A DNA stretch of 64,000 nt from an uncultured Gemmatimonadales bacterium (GTDB taxonomy: Bacteria; Gemmatimonadota; Gemmatimonadetes; Gemmatimonadales; GWC2-71-9). Positions 30,794 to 42,689 of the stretch are shown piece by piece. Numbering within the stretch: the stretch's first letter is position 1; the number at the start of each line of letters is the position of its first letter. The notes under the pieces were generated by a model. The model ran no database searches. It saw only the letters and a list, made by a program, of their open reading frames with translations, and was not told where the DNA came from. The position numbers were made by a program, and so were the translations under genes. Where the stretch lies: contig CAVSQW010000007.1 of assembly GCA_963730185.1 (NCBI GenBank), positions 672,001-736,000 of the forward strand. The letters run 5' to 3'.

Positions 30794-30797
30794 CCTG

Positions 30798-31901
30798 TCA
30801 TCCGCCTTCGACGCGGAATCGGAGCCGGGCCCCCACGCCCCCGCCGGCCGTTGCGAGCCGGTTGGCTGCCGGCCCGGTCACTTCGAGGCACTCGGCCTGT
30901 TGGGCCAGCGCTTCGACGACGAGGACGTCGGTCCGGTCACCGTGTTCCCGCCGATAGCCATCGGTGAAGACGAGGAGGCCAACCCGCCGTTCCCTGAGGG
31001 CCCGGGCCACGGCGGTCTCGCCCAGGCAGGCGTCGCCGCCACTGCCGGCCGCATCGATGAGCAGGTCGGTCGTTCTTGCCTGGCGTGTCTCCGCCCATTC
31101 CGCCCCGGCCCGGTCCAGCGCGTCTCGGAGCTCCGCGTCAGTGAGGTCGAGGCTGAGCTCCGGCCGCTCCCAGCGACGGGTCGACTCGAGGCCCTCCTCG
31201 AGCGACCGGCCCAGCGATGCCACAGCTTCGGGCGTGCCACCCATCACCACCAGTCCATGATCCCCGGCCGCGGCGTGGACCTCGTCCCGGACCCGGCTCA
31301 TAAGACGATCCCGTTCGACGGCCAGGTAGGTCTGGGCCTGGTCGGTCCCGGTCAGGCCACGCCGCCCGGTCGCTTCCACAGCTCGCTTCGAGCTACTGAC
31401 GTCAGTCAGGTCGCCGAGGATCGTGTCGGCCTGCAACCGATCGATGTCGTCGAACGAGCCCGCCCGGTAGCGGACGATCCGGGCTCGTCTCGCATCGACG
31501 AAGACGCCGACGACCGGGCGGGCTCGCTCGAGCACCTGCAGATAGGGTGCGATCCTGGGGCCTCGACCCCAGCGGACCAGGTTCGACATCCGGACAGGGA
31601 GATCCTCGGCGTGAATCACCTTCTCGGCGGTCGCGAAACCGACCCAGCCCCGGCCCCGAAGAAAGCCATTCGGATCGGGAGCGAGCGACTCGTTGAGGTG
31701 GGTCCGGGCTGCGGCCAGCAGGCGTCCCTCGGCTGTGGACAGGTGTTCAGCCGCGGCTCGGATCCCGTTGGCGAGCACCACCCTCCATCGCTCCCGCTCG
31801 CCGAAGTCACGCTGATCGGCGTCGAGGTACACGGTCAGCATTGGGGTGTCGTGGTACCACCGGTAGTGACTCTGAAGTTGATCCAGCGTGAGCATGAGCA
31901 T
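30798..31901 (-). CDS. Bacterial aeRF1/baeRF-like protein lacking GGQ
   Basis: LTVYLDAD, P.IAPYL...VDARRARI, C-terminal GGGVGARLRF. Confidence 0.7.
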   Translation of the reverse strand: MLMLTLDQLQSHYRWYHDTPMLTVYLDADQRDFGERERWRVVLANGIRAAAEHLSTAEGRLLAAARTHLNESLAPDPNGFLRGRGWVGFATAEKVIHAEDLPVRMSNLVRWGRGPRIAPYLQVLERARPVVGVFVDARRARIVRYRAGSFDDIDRLQADTILGDLTDVSSSKRAVEATGRRGLTGTDQAQTYLAVERDRLMSRVRDEVHAAAGDHGLVVMGGTPEAVASLGRSLEEGLESTRRWERPELSLDLTDAELRDALDRAGAEWAETRQARTTDLLIDAAGSGGDACLGETAVARALRERRVGLLVFTDGYRREHGDRTDVLVVEALAQQAECLEVTGPAANRLATAGGGVGARLRFRVEGG

Positions 31902-32188
31902 TCCTCGTTGACGACGGGCCTAGCGTCATATCACCGCTCACGCGGCAAGCTTCACGCCTCGGAGGTGGCGGGTCCCGTCTCTTCCCCGTCGTCGGGCCCA
32001 CCGCTCCAGTGATGAGCCCACCAGCGTCGACCGTGCAGCGAGCCACAATGTGAAACACGACGCCGAGCCGAGCCGGAGCGATTCGGGCCGCCCTCGGGCC
32101 CCACGCCCGGTACGTGCCTTGCGACCCCATGCCTTGCGACCCCATGAGCCCACCGAACGACACCAATCTTCGACCGGAGGCTAGCCCG

Positions 32189-32752
32189 ATGACCACGACG
32201 ACCACTCCCCTCGAACGACTGACGCCGTCCTCCCGGCCCGATCTGGCGGCTCTGATCCCGGTCCCGCCGGCTGCTCGCCGGCGTTGGCTTCCGTGGGCGC
32301 CCATTCCCGTGCGCCTCATGCTCGGCGTGGGTTTTCTGTATCACGGGACTCCCAAGTTGTTTACCGCGGGCGGCCATCAGCAGTTCGTGGCCCTCCTTCA
32401 GAGGGTCGGGATTCCGCTCCCTTCGGTTTCCTCGTGGGTGGTTGGGCTGGTCGAAACGGTCGGCGGCCTTTGCTTCCTGGCGGGTGCGTTCGTCGCTCTG
32501 TTCGCGATCCTCAACATTCTCAACATGGCGGTTGCAATGCTGACGGTCCATCTGCCCAACGGATTCAACTTCATTCACATCACGGGCATGACGGATCAGG
32601 GACCGGTGTTCGGCATGCCCGGCTTCGAGGTGAATCTCCTCTATATCGCCGCGCTGGCGGCGCTGCTGATCGGTGGGGCGGGGGCGTTGTCTCTGGATGG
32701 GCGAGTCCGCGCCGCGGCGAGACGAGGTCGCCGACCCGTCGAGCCAGATTGA
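32189..32752 (+). CDS. DoxX-family membrane protein
   Basis: GGAGG RBS; RLMLG...HGTPKL, ETVGG, GFEVNLL, GAGALSLD. Confidence 0.9.
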   Translation: MTTTTTPLERLTPSSRPDLAALIPVPPAARRRWLPWAPIPVRLMLGVGFLYHGTPKLFTAGGHQQFVALLQRVGIPLPSVSSWVVGLVETVGGLCFLAGAFVALFAILNILNMAVAMLTVHLPNGFNFIHITGMTDQGPVFGMPGFEVNLLYIAALAALLIGGAGALSLDGRVRAAARRGRRPVEPD

Positions 32753-32792
32753 AGCCCGGGCCTGCCGGTCCCGGGACAGATCACCCGGCTGG

Positions 32793-33200
32793 CTATTCGT
32801 CCCGCGCTACCAGCGACTGGGCCACCGTCAGCAGCTCGGCTGGATCGACCGGCTTCGGAATGACCGCATCGAACAGATTCCCGCGTTCCGCCATTGAGGC
32901 GGTGTCCGAGCGGGCGCTCAGCAGGACGACCGGTACCGGCCTGGTGCCATCGTGCTCCGTGAGTTGACGGGCAATCTCGAGCCCGTTCGGCTCGGCGACC
33001 ATCAGGTCGGTAATCAGGAGTTGGGGCTTCAACGCGCGGGTCGCCACCAGTCCCTCGGCTCCCCCGGGATAGGCGGCCACCCGCATGCCGCCGTGCTCGA
33101 GCACGGTCGTGAGCACCTCGCGCAAGTCCTCGTGATCCTCGATCAGGACCACCAGCGGAGCCTGAACCGGTGGGGTCGTGCTCACGGCGCTCGCCTCCAT
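32793..33200 (-). CDS. Single-domain response regulator
   Basis: IEDH, ITDL, LLSA, KPVD. Confidence 0.82.
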   Translation of the reverse strand: MEASAVSTTPPVQAPLVVLIEDHEDLREVLTTVLEHGGMRVAAYPGGAEGLVATRALKPQLLITDLMVAEPNGLEIARQLTEHDGTRPVPVVLLSARSDTASMAERGNLFDAVIPKPVDPAELLTVAQSLVARDE

Positions 33201-33278
33201 CGTTCCGGTGACGCAGGGCAGTGGATCATCATCACCCGGATCGAGCTTGCAAGTCGCATACCTCACCCCGGCTGGCAA

Positions 33279-34940
33279 TCAGTCGCTCGCCTCGGGCTCG
33301 GTGCGCTCGACCAGACGGGCGGCGTAAGCCTCAGGACGAATGGACCGGCCCCGGGCGCGGGCCCAGACCTCGGTGAAGATGGCCCCAAGCACGAAGATCT
33401 GCGCCGAGTAGTACCTTGACCAGGACGTCCGCGGTGGAGTCGTGGGGCTGGTTGGGGCGGAGGTCGACCAAGGCGAGCCGAACCAGATCCAGGCCGAAGA
33501 GCTGCCGCTGACCCTCGGCGAGGGCCTCGGCCCGGAACCGATCGCCGGTCCGGAAAGGGAGCTCGCGCCGATTGGTGGCATCACTCAGGCGCCGATTGTG
33601 GTCGACCACCACCGCGCCGATCCTGGTGCGCGGCCCAGGCTCGGTGGTCAGCACCAGGTCGGCGGTCAGGCCGGTATCGGGTTGGATCGTCCCTCCCGAC
33701 TCGGGCGAATGCGTAGCCCCGGTTCTGGAGCCAGGTCAGGACTGAGGTCCGGAGGCGGGTCTGGAGCTGATCGCCAAGTCGGGCTCCGCTCTCCGGGGCG
33801 AGCGACGCCTCGAAGCTGGTCCAGAGCGGCTCGAGCGCGCTCGGCAGGTCGAGCGCTCCCCCACCGGCTCGGCGATGGCCCGGAGCGTCAGGGCCAGGGA
33901 GTCTCCGACGAGTTCGGCCCTGAGCCGCCAGCGTCGTGGTCCGCTCCCCGCCGCTCGCGACCGAGTCGACTCGGGTCCAGAGCCGGAGCGTGTCGTTCGC
34001 GGGCTCGAGGTGGCCTTCCGCCGTGAGCGACAGCCGGTCTAGGGTTGCCTCGGCTCGGAAGTGATATGACCCGTCGCTCGCCTCCGCGACGGCCCGGCCG
34101 TCCTGCACCCGGTAGCCGCGGACGGTGGACGGGGCCAAGGCCGGGCGAGCGTGCCCGGTCAGATGGCGGATGTCGGGGCCCGACAGGTCGGCGTCGAGGT
34201 CGCCGGTGAGGCGCCCGCTCGCGCTTTCCGCGGTGAGAATGGTGGCCGGGTCGAGATCGACATGGCTCCCGAGGGCGATGGCCAGCACGCCGTCGGGATC
34301 GGCCCGAACCCGGCCTTCGGTCTCCACCGTTCCTCGCTCCGGGGGTCGGACTCGCCCGGCGAACGCCAGGGCACCGGTCGAATCGCCGTGGGCATCGACC
34401 CGGACCGCGATCGGCCGACCCCGGAGCATCGGGAAGAAGGGCGTGAGCTCGTCGAGCCCCAGCTGGATCGGCCCGGACCTCAAAGTGGGTGGTCGCCGTA
34501 ACCCGGGTGCCGATGGCCAGAGGGGGTGTCCCCGCGGCCGCCACCAGGCTCGCCGGAGTCCGGAGCAGCAGGGTGTCGACGGTGAGACGACGCCCGTTCC
34601 AGGCGAGCCGAACCCGGTGCGACCAGAGGGCACTGAGGTCGTAGCGGAGCGCGAGACGCTCGGCTTGCAGCGCGGTGTCGCCGTCGGCCCGTCGGATGAT
34701 GAGGCTGTCGAGCATGAGCGCGCCGAGCGGATTCCCGGACGCCCGGGCGATCCCAACCGCGAGCTGCCCGGGGAGGGCCCGCTCGAGCGCCAGACGGACG
34801 ACGGCGGTGGTGACGGGAGCGAGGTGAAGTAGGGTGACGGTCGCGCCGATCAGCAGGACCAGGCCCGCGAGCACCGCGACCGTCACGCGGACTAGGGCCC
34901 GGCCGATCCGAGACGACGAGACGTCGGGATTCGCACTCAT
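33279..34940 (-). pseudogene. Collapsed remnants of TamB N-terminus, TamA/BamA POTRA pieces and YihY C-terminus
   Basis: TM-anchored TamB-like start; LQNRGYAFARV and RRELPFRTGD POTRA motifs; YYSAQIFVLGAIFT (YihY-like); the pieces lie in different frames. Confidence 0.6.
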
Positions 34941-35161
34941 CGCGGGTCCCTACCGCTCCACGGTGACGCCTCGCGGATCCGCGCGATTGCCTCGGGACGG
35001 AGCCTGGGGAAGGCAACGGCCAGCTCGTTCGCGTCCGCGGCGGCCCCCGGCTGCCGAACGACCAAGACCAGGGTCCCCCAGTTCCGCTCGTTCCAGCCGG
35101 CCGGTGGACCGGCGAGGTGACGTTCGAGCAAGGCTGTGAGGTGATGGGCCGGACGGGCCAC
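34937..35161 (-). CDS. Small hypothetical protein
   Basis: Fills the gap between yciF-like and tamB-like genes with an overlapping stop/start. Confidence 0.4.
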   Translation of the reverse strand: MARPAHHLTALLERHLAGPPAGWNERNWGTLVLVVRQPGAAADANELAVAFPRLRPEAIARIREASPWSGRDPR

Positions 35162-35164
35162 GCC

Positions 35165-35659
35165 TTAGTGACTCTTGACCGCCCGCTGATTGACCCGCGA
35201 GTCGGCGATCCGGGTCAGGGTCGCGTCTGCCCTCTTCTCCTCGTCCAGGGTGGCCGTCAGTTGATCGGCGGCGCGCTTCTGGCCTAGCAGTCGCGCGAAG
35301 TGGGCCGCCGTGCCATAGGCCGCCATCTCATAGTGCTCGACCCGTTGCGCCGATGCGATGATCGCGGCGTCGCGGACCTCGGCCGACCACTGCTGGTCCA
35401 CCAGGTCCTTGCCTTCGGCGAGAATCCCGCTGATGCCCTTGCACTTGACTCCGTCAAGCTTGACGTCGAGGTCTTTGGCCACCTTGTGGAGGCGCTCCTT
35501 GTGGCTCTTGGTCTCCTCGAGGTGGCTTTGCAGGGCCTGCTTGAGCTCGCCGTCATCCGCCTGCTTCACCAAACTGGGCAGCGCGGCCAGGATCTGGTCC
35601 TCGGCGCTGGCAAGGTCTTGAATTTCGTGGGTCAGGAGTTGGTTGAAGGTTCCCGTCAT
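35165..35659 (-). CDS. yciF: YciF/DUF892 ferritin-like stress protein
   Basis: DLASAEDQI, HLEET, CKGISGI, QRVEHYEMAAYGT, LDEEK. Confidence 0.9.
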   Translation of the reverse strand: MTGTFNQLLTHEIQDLASAEDQILAALPSLVKQADDGELKQALQSHLEETKSHKERLHKVAKDLDVKLDGVKCKGISGILAEGKDLVDQQWSAEVRDAAIIASAQRVEHYEMAAYGTAAHFARLLGQKRAADQLTATLDEEKRADATLTRIADSRVNQRAVKSH

Positions 35660-35795
35660 GCGTCCTCCGTGGTGTGATGTGAGCAAGGAGCCGTCGAATG
35701 GGGCAGAAATCGTTCCGGCGGAGCTGCGGCGGTCCCGGGCCGGTCCTGAGGGAGCGGCGGGGCTTGCTCCCAGTCAGATCGTGCGACGTGAACGG

Positions 35796-36170
35796 TCACG
35801 AAACACGAGATCGGTCGCTGTCCCGGGGGCCAACGTACGGTCGCCACGAGGCCGGCGGTCGGCTGGCGCCGGTGGGGACGATCGCCACCACGGCCAACAG
35901 GAGGCTCACCAAGATGTCGTTCTGAGCCTGCGGCGGCCCGGGCCTTGGAAAGTGGAGCCAGGCCCAGGTGGTCAGTCCCCCAACGACCAGCAGGGTGCCA
36001 AGATGCGCGTGGCGATAGGATCGGAGTGCGGAGAGGGCGGCCAGGGCCAGCACCAGGCTGCCACCAATCCAGTCGGCGAACCGGGCGCTCGCATCCGTGA
36101 CCGAGCCGAGGGCGAGTGGGCTCGCCAGCAGCCAGAGGCCCAGTAGCGCCTCGACCAGACGGGGCCACAT
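35796..36170 (-). CDS. SPW-repeat-like membrane protein
   Basis: LGLWLLASPLAL; four TM segments. Confidence 0.7.
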   Translation of the reverse strand: MWPRLVEALLGLWLLASPLALGSVTDASARFADWIGGSLVLALAALSALRSYRHAHLGTLLVVGGLTTWAWLHFPRPGPPQAQNDILVSLLLAVVAIVPTGASRPPASWRPYVGPRDSDRSRVS

Positions 36171-36173
36171 TGA

Positions 36174-36785
36174 TCAGCCGTCCCGCCGGGCCACGGCCAG
36201 CGCTGCCTCGGGAGCCCGACCCCAGAACACGTCCCAAAGGACTCGCCGGTCCCGGGTCGTCTTCCAGACGCGGGCGAGATAGCGGACCGAGGCGAAGACT
36301 TCGTCGTAGGATAGCCCGATCAACACCAGCGAGATCAGTGCAGTGACGAGGCAGAGGAAGCACCAGGCGCCGACCGCAACGCCCTGCAGAATCACCAGGA
36401 TCACGCTGACCAGACCCAAGGGAATCACGTCGATTCCGAAGAGCAGCACCAACCAGGGCCGGAACTGCCACCGGCGAGTTGAGCCCGCGAGGCTTAGGAT
36501 CACCTCGGTCGAATAGGCCCAAGCGCCCAGCACGGCGTCCGGCAGCCCCAACCCGGAGCCCATCCGCTTCGACAGGTCGGAGGTAAGCACGGCGGCCGTG
36601 CCCCGCCCGAAGACGGGATCCCAAACCCGATCGACGACGCCCCACTGATAGAGCCCCAGGTAGAGGGAAATCAGCATCGCCACCGAGGCGACCGCCGCGA
36701 TGGTGAGGCGCTGACGCCAGGACGACGGATTGTAGCCGAGCCGTTCCACGGTCACCGCTGGCCGGAGGGGCGCGGGCTGACTCAT
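36174..36785 (-). CDS. Vitamin K epoxide reductase (VKOR)-family protein
   Basis: YNPSSW.QR, PDAVLG, WCFLCL (CxxC). Confidence 0.85.
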   Translation of the reverse strand: MSQPAPLRPAVTVERLGYNPSSWRQRLTIAAVASVAMLISLYLGLYQWGVVDRVWDPVFGRGTAAVLTSDLSKRMGSGLGLPDAVLGAWAYSTEVILSLAGSTRRWQFRPWLVLLFGIDVIPLGLVSVILVILQGVAVGAWCFLCLVTALISLVLIGLSYDEVFASVRYLARVWKTTRDRRVLWDVFWGRAPEAALAVARRDG

Positions 36786-37864
36786 CGGTCCGACGGCTCG
36801 GCCCGGGCGTCTGGAACCTCGAGGCCTTGGGATCGATACCAGGCGGCAGGGTCGCGGCGGAGCGCCGCGATGATCGTCGGGAGCGTCTCGAGCAGGTGGT
36901 GGCTCGGCGCCCAGCCAAGGAACCGTCGAGCCCGCTCGATGTTCAGGGCGTAGTGGTCGTCGGCCAACTCAATCATGAACGGCTTGATGAACGGGTCGAT
37001 CCCCGGGGCGTGATCCTGGACCCAGGCGCCCACTTTCGCCAGCGTTTCGGGCACCCGGAGGGTCGGCCACTCGCGCTGCCAGATCAACTCCCCGATCCGA
37101 TCCTGGAGTGTGGCATAGCTGGGGGGGTCGGCCTCGCCGATCAGGAGCGTGAGCTCCGCCGGCAGGGAGGTGCGGCGTTCGATCCCCCGAGCGATGGCGT
37201 CGACGACGTCGTCGAGATGGACCAACGACTGGCCGGTCTCCCGATTGCCGGGAAAGAGGAAGCTGGTGAGGTCCTGCTCGTAGATCCGGCGGATCTGCTG
37301 AACCAGAGTGGGTTGCTGGCCCAGGTCAGTGTAGATACCGGCGATCCGGAGGATCAACTTGGGGGTGCCGCCTGGGCGGGCGCGGATCAGACGTTCGGTC
37401 GTGAGCTTCGACTGCGGGTAGGGCCACTTGGCCTCGATCGGCGAGGTCTCATCGAGGTGCTCGCCGGGACGGACCGGGGCGTGCACCAGCATCGTGCTGG
37501 TGAACACGAATTGCTCGACTTCGAATCCGGCCAACGCCTCCAGCAGGCGTCCCGTGCCCTGGACGGTGATCTCGTCGTATCGAGGGCTGGGCTCGCCCGA
37601 GAAGTCGTAGTAGGCCGCCAAGTGTACCACCGACGCCAGCCGACCGCCGTGATCGCGCCGGATACGATCGAGCGCCTGACGGACGCTGGCGTCGCTGGTC
37701 ACGTCCAGATAGACGAAGGCTCCCGGCGACGACCGGTCGGGCTCGGTGATATCGCAGCCAACCACGGTGCAGGACGGCGCCAGGCGTCGGCTCAGAGCCT
37801 GGCCAATGAGACCGCTGCTCCCGGTGATGACGACTACAGGGCGATTGGTGTGCTGGTTCGGCAT
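36782..37864 (-). CDS. NAD-dependent epimerase/dehydratase
   Basis: [24 protein letters not shown]. Confidence 0.9.
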   Translation of the reverse strand: MPNQHTNRPVVVITGSSGLIGQALSRRLAPSCTVVGCDITEPDRSSPGAFVYLDVTSDASVRQALDRIRRDHGGRLASVVHLAAYYDFSGEPSPRYDEITVQGTGRLLEALAGFEVEQFVFTSTMLVHAPVRPGEHLDETSPIEAKWPYPQSKLTTERLIRARPGGTPKLILRIAGIYTDLGQQPTLVQQIRRIYEQDLTSFLFPGNRETGQSLVHLDDVVDAIARGIERRTSLPAELTLLIGEADPPSYATLQDRIGELIWQREWPTLRVPETLAKVGAWVQDHAPGIDPFIKPFMIELADDHYALNIERARRFLGWAPSHHLLETLPTIIAALRRDPAAWYRSQGLEVPDARAEPSDR

Positions 37865-38183
37865 CAGGACCTCGACGTGATGGGTGCAGGGGGCGGCGCT
37901 CCGGTCAGGGACGGCGCGTGGCGGTCCAGGGTCGGACACCATGGTCGGACACCTGGGTTCGTCTCAACTACCCGGAGTGCAAGCACGGTGCCGACTCCGA
38001 GCTACCCGAGGCCCGCCCGGCCTTGGTCCTCACTCAGTTGTTTCGCTGGCGCCCCGACTGCACGAAAGTGAACGGACTGCGCTTCGTCGTCGGCGCCCGG
38101 GTGTCTCGATCGCTGGCACATCGCTTGCGCGGCTCCCGGGCCGAGGCGAACGCAGCACTTACCATCGAAAGGGAGAGCGAGCG

Positions 38184-38618
38184 GTGCATCGAATCGAGAT
38201 GGCGCGACGCCCCGGCCAACGCCGCTGGGCCCTGATCTTCGAGACCGGCGAGTCGGTCGTCGACGCGCTCGAAGCCTTCGCGGCTGACACCCGGGTTCAG
38301 GCTGCCCAGCCGACCGCCCTGGGGGCGTTCCGGGAAGCGACCTTGGCGTACTTCGACTGGTGCTCGAAGCAGTATCGAGAGCTGCCGGTCCAGGAGCAGG
38401 TGGAGGTAACGTCGCTGGTCGGCGATCTGGGGGTTGCCGCGGACGGCCCGGCCCTTCATGCCCACGCTGTGCTGGGCCGCTCCGATGGGACCGCGGTGAC
38501 CGGGCATCTGCTTCGCGCGACCGTCCGTCCCACCCTCGAGGTTTTTGTCACCGAGGGAGCCACCCCGTTGCGTCGTCGTCCGGATCCGGAGACCGGCCTC
38601 ACCTTGATTCGCCCCTGA
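38184..38618 (+). CDS. PPC/DUF296-domain protein
   Basis: EVTSLVGD, LHAHAVLG, GHL, RPTLEV. Confidence 0.88.
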   Translation: MHRIEMARRPGQRRWALIFETGESVVDALEAFAADTRVQAAQPTALGAFREATLAYFDWCSKQYRELPVQEQVEVTSLVGDLGVAADGPALHAHAVLGRSDGTAVTGHLLRATVRPTLEVFVTEGATPLRRRPDPETGLTLIRP

Positions 38619-38846
38619 CGACCGCGACACCCTGGTAGGCAGGCGGGTCGTGCAGTTCCGTCTCCAGCGAAACAACGACGTCTGGCGCCCGAGGCCCGCT
38701 GAGCGTTGGTCGTGCAGAGGGCGGGAGGCCTTCGCCTGCACGGTACGTCATTTGCGCCCGGCCCGGCCACGAAGCGCCCGGGTCGCGGCGTGACGCCGTC
38801 GCCCGCCGGTTGGGATCGAGCCTTCCAACTCGAAAGGAGAGCGTTC

Positions 38847-40650
38847 ATGGCGAAGTCGGTCAGTGACTTCCTGCTGGAGCGATTATCGGCGTGGGGCGTG
38901 AAGCGGATCTTCGGCTTTCCCGGTGACGGGATCAATGCGATCATGGGTGCGCTCGACGCCGCAGGCGATCGATTCGAGTTGGTGCGGGTGAGTCACGAGG
39001 AGATGGCGGCGTTCATGGCCTGCGCTCACGCCAAGTACACCGGCGAAGTCGGGGTCTGCCTGGCGACGTCGGGCCCGGGCGCGATACACCTGCTCAACGG
39101 ACTCTACGATGCCAAGATGGATCACCAGCCGGTGGTTGCGATCGTCGGCCAGCAGTCGCGCCTCGCCCTGGGCGGCTCCTACCAACAGGAGGTGGACCTG
39201 AGCCTCCTCTTCAGGGACGTGCGCCGACTACGTCCAAATGGCGAGCCACCCGGCCCAGGTCCGCCACCTTGTCGATCGAGCGGTCCGACGTCGTCAGTCG
39301 GCGGGGCGTGCGGTGATCTGCATCATCTCCCCAACGATGTCCAGGAGATGGATGCCGTCGAGACCCCGCCCCGCGCGCCATGGCACGGTGCACTCGGGAA
39401 TCGGTTACTCGCCGCCCCGTATCGTCCCGGTCGAAGCCGACCTCGAACGGGCTGCGGCCGTCCTCAACGAGGGCGAGCGGGTGGCGATGCTGGTCGGGGC
39501 CGGGGCGCTCCAGGCGACCGACGAGGTGATCGCGGTGGCCGACATGCTGCGGGGCGGGCGTCGCCAAGGCCCTGCTCGGCAAAGCCGCCGTCCCGGACGA
39601 CCTGCCCTAAGTTACCGGCGCGATCGGTCTGCTGGGCACCAAGCCGAGCTGGGAGATGATGATGGACTGCGACACCCTGCTGATGGTCGGGGTCGAGCTT
39701 TCCGTATTCGGAGTTTCTGCCCAGGGAGGGGCAGCGCCCGGGGGGTCCAGATCGACACGATGCCCGGATGCTCGGCCTTCGCTATCCGATGGAGGTGAAC
39801 CTCTACAGGCGACGGCCAGGCGACCCTCCAGGCTCTGCTGCCCGCGCTGATCCGGAAGACGGATCGGACCTGGCGCGACGAGATCGAGCGCGAGGTCGGC
39901 GAGTGGTGGAAGCGTCATGGAGGCGCGGGCCATGCAACGAGGCCGACCCGATCAACCCTCAGCGGGTGCTCTGGGAGCTCTCGTCGCGGCTGCCCGACGG
40001 TGCATCGTCAGCGCCGACTCTGGCTCGGTCGCGAACTGGTTCGCTCGGGACCTTAAGCTCCGGCGGGGGATGATGGCCTCGCTGTCGGGTAACCTCGCCA
40101 CGATGTGCCCGGGCGTACCCTATGCGATCGCCGCCAAGTTCGCGCACCCGACCGGGTCTCCATCGCCCTGGTCGGCGACGGCGCGATGCAGATGCTTGGC
40201 AACAACGGCTTGATCACCATCGCCCGCTATTGGAAGGAGTGGTCGGATCCCCGGCTGATCGTCCTGGTGCTCCACAACGGCGACCTCAACCAGGTCACCT
40301 GGGAGCATGCGGGTCATGGCCGGGGATCCCGAAGTTCGCGGCCTCCCAGCTGGTGCCCGACTTCCCCTACGCCCGCTACGCCGAGATGCTCGGCCTCCGG
40401 GGGATCCGGGTGGACGATCCCGCCGGCTTGGGAGCCGCCTGGGACGCGGCGCTGACCGCGGACCGGCCGGTGCGTTCTCGAGGCGATCACCGACCCCGAT
40501 GTGCCGCCGCTTCCGCCGCACATCAGCCTGGAGCAGGCTCGAAAGTACGCCTCCACCCTCCTCAAGGGCGATCCGGACGAGGGCGGGATCATCCGGCAGA
40601 CGTTTCGGGATCTGGTGGCGACGGTGGTGCCCGGGCGAAGTCGTCGATGA
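38847..40650 (+). CDS. Thiamine-pyrophosphate enzyme (pyruvate oxidase-like) with several frameshifts, probably read errors
   Basis: GFPGDGIN, ATSGPGAIHLLNGLYDA, SGNLATM, GDGAMQM spread over several frames. Confidence 0.8.
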
Positions 40651-41765
40651 CCGAGACGGGGGGCGGCGTCCCGATCGAGCGCCTCGAGGTTTCGGCCTAC
40701 GACCTTCCCACCGATGCTCCGGAGTCCGATGGCACCCTGACCTGGGATCACACCACGCTCGTGCTCGTCGAGGTCGAAGGTGGTGGGAAGCACGGCCTAG
40801 GGTTCACCTATGCCGATCGGGCGACGGCGACCCTGATCCGGCACACGCTGGCCGAGCAGGTGGTCGGCCGCGATGGTTTCGGGACCGAGGGGACTGGCTC
40901 GCGCTCCGGCGCGCGGTCCGGAACCTGGGGCTGAGCGGGATCGCCGCCATGGCGATCGCCGCGGTCGACATCGCACTCTGGGATCTCAAGGCCCGGCAGC
41001 TCGAGCGGCCGCTGGTGTCGCTGCTGGGACCGGCCCGCAGCGCGGTCCCCGTCTACGGGAGCGGGGGGTTCACCTCGTACGACGAGGCTCGACTCCGCGA
41101 ACAGTTGGGCCGGTGGGTTGGCGACGGCATCGCCGCCGTGAAGATGAAGGTCGGCCGCCACCCGGCCCGAGACCTGCAACGGGTCGCGGTCGCCCGGGAT
41201 GCGGTGGGAGACGCCGAGCTCTTCGTCGACGCCAACGGCGCCTACGGCCGGAAGCAGGCCCTCGCGCTGGCCGGCGACTTCGCGAGACTCGGAGTCGGCT
41301 GGTTCGAAGAGCCGGTTCCCTCGGCCGACGTGGCCGGTCTCCGTCTGCTCCGCGATCGAATGCCGGGCACCATCGACGTCGCGGCCGGCGAGTACGGCTA
41401 TACCCTCGCCGGGTTTCGCCGCTTGCTGGAGGCGGGGGCGGTCGACGTCCTCCAGGCCGACGCCACGCGCTGCCAGGGGATTACCGGTTTTCTGCAAGGT
41501 CGCGGCCCTGGCCGAGGCCTTCGGCTCCCGCTCTCGACCCACTGCGCGCCCGTATGCACCTTCACCCATCCTGCGCCACCGGCCCGGCCCGGCACCTGGA
41601 GTACTTCCACGATCACGTCCGGATCGAGCATCGGCTGTTCGACGGCGCGCCTCGTCCCAGGGCGGGGATGCTCCTTCCCGACCCGGCCCGGCCCGGCCTC
41701 GGACTCGCAATCAAGCGTCGGTACGCGGCGCGTTTCGCGACCCCACGCGAAGGGACATCGCATGA
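40647..41765 (+). CDS. Mandelate racemase/enolase-superfamily protein, frameshifted
   Basis: PESDGTL.W, DIALWDLKA, KMKVG, VDANG, WFEEP, AGEY. Confidence 0.8.
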
Positions 41766-42689
41766 CAGTGACGGAACGAGGCCAAGTCCCGAAGCCGCCC
41801 TTCGCAGCCGATCTGGCCCGGGCGCTCCGCGACGGTCGACGGCGAGGTTCGGTTCGATTCCGGCAGCCGGGCAGTCCATCCGACCGATGTGTCGACTATG
41901 TCAGCCTCCGGTCGGCGTCGTCGTTCCACGAACGGTCAATGCCGTGCGGCGGACGGTGGCCCTGTGTCGTCGACAATGCCGATCACCTCCGGCGGGGGAA
42001 TCAGCCTGGCCGGGCAGGCCTGCAACTGGCGGTGGTGATCGACTATTCCAAGTACCTCAACGAGGTCCTCGAGATCGACGAGGCCCAGCGGCTGGCCCGG
42101 GTAGAACCGGGCTGCGTCTTGGACAACCTCCGCCAGGTGGCGCGGTCGGCGGGACTCACGTACGGACCCGACCCTGCCACCCACGATCGCAACACCCTCG
42201 GCGGGATGATTGGCAACAACTCCTGCGGGGTCCACTCAGTCATGGCGCAGTTCTACGGGCCGGGGCCGCTGACCCGCCATCAGGTGGCCAAGCTCACCGT
42301 CCTGACGTACGACGGCGCGGAGTTCGACGTCGGACCGACGCCCGAGGCCGAGTCGAGCTGATCATCCGTGGCGGCGGCCGGCGGAGGAAGATCTATGCCG
42401 CGCTCCGCGACCTCCAGGATCGCTACGCCGATGAGATCCGCCGTCCATGGCCCACCGACCCGTCGGCCTCGAAGGGATCGACCAGACCCTGGTCCACAAC
42501 ACGAGGCTCAAAGGCCTCCACGAGCGGACGCGCCCTTGCTGCCCCAGGGGCAGGGTTGGCTGCTGGTGGAGTTCGGCGGGTCCAGTCGGGCCGAGGCCGT
42601 GGCCGGGGCCCAGCGGCTCATGGCCGAGCTGGCCCGGCGCGAGGACGCTCCCCAGATGCGGCTCTATCGCGATGACGACGAGGCCTCCC
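41762..42689 (+). CDS. FAD-linked oxidase (GlcD/YdiJ-like), frameshifted and cut at the junction
   Basis: GPDPATH..NTLGGMIGNNSCGVHS, WLLVEFGG. Confidence 0.75.

Noticed and set aside
261..42675. Many long overlapping R/P/G-rich ORFs
   Set aside because: They are shadow frames of high-GC genes with no recognisable motifs.
38847..42689. Programmed frameshifting or recoding in the TPP/enolase/FAD cluster
   Set aside because: The indels are too many and too irregular, which fits a falling-quality read end.
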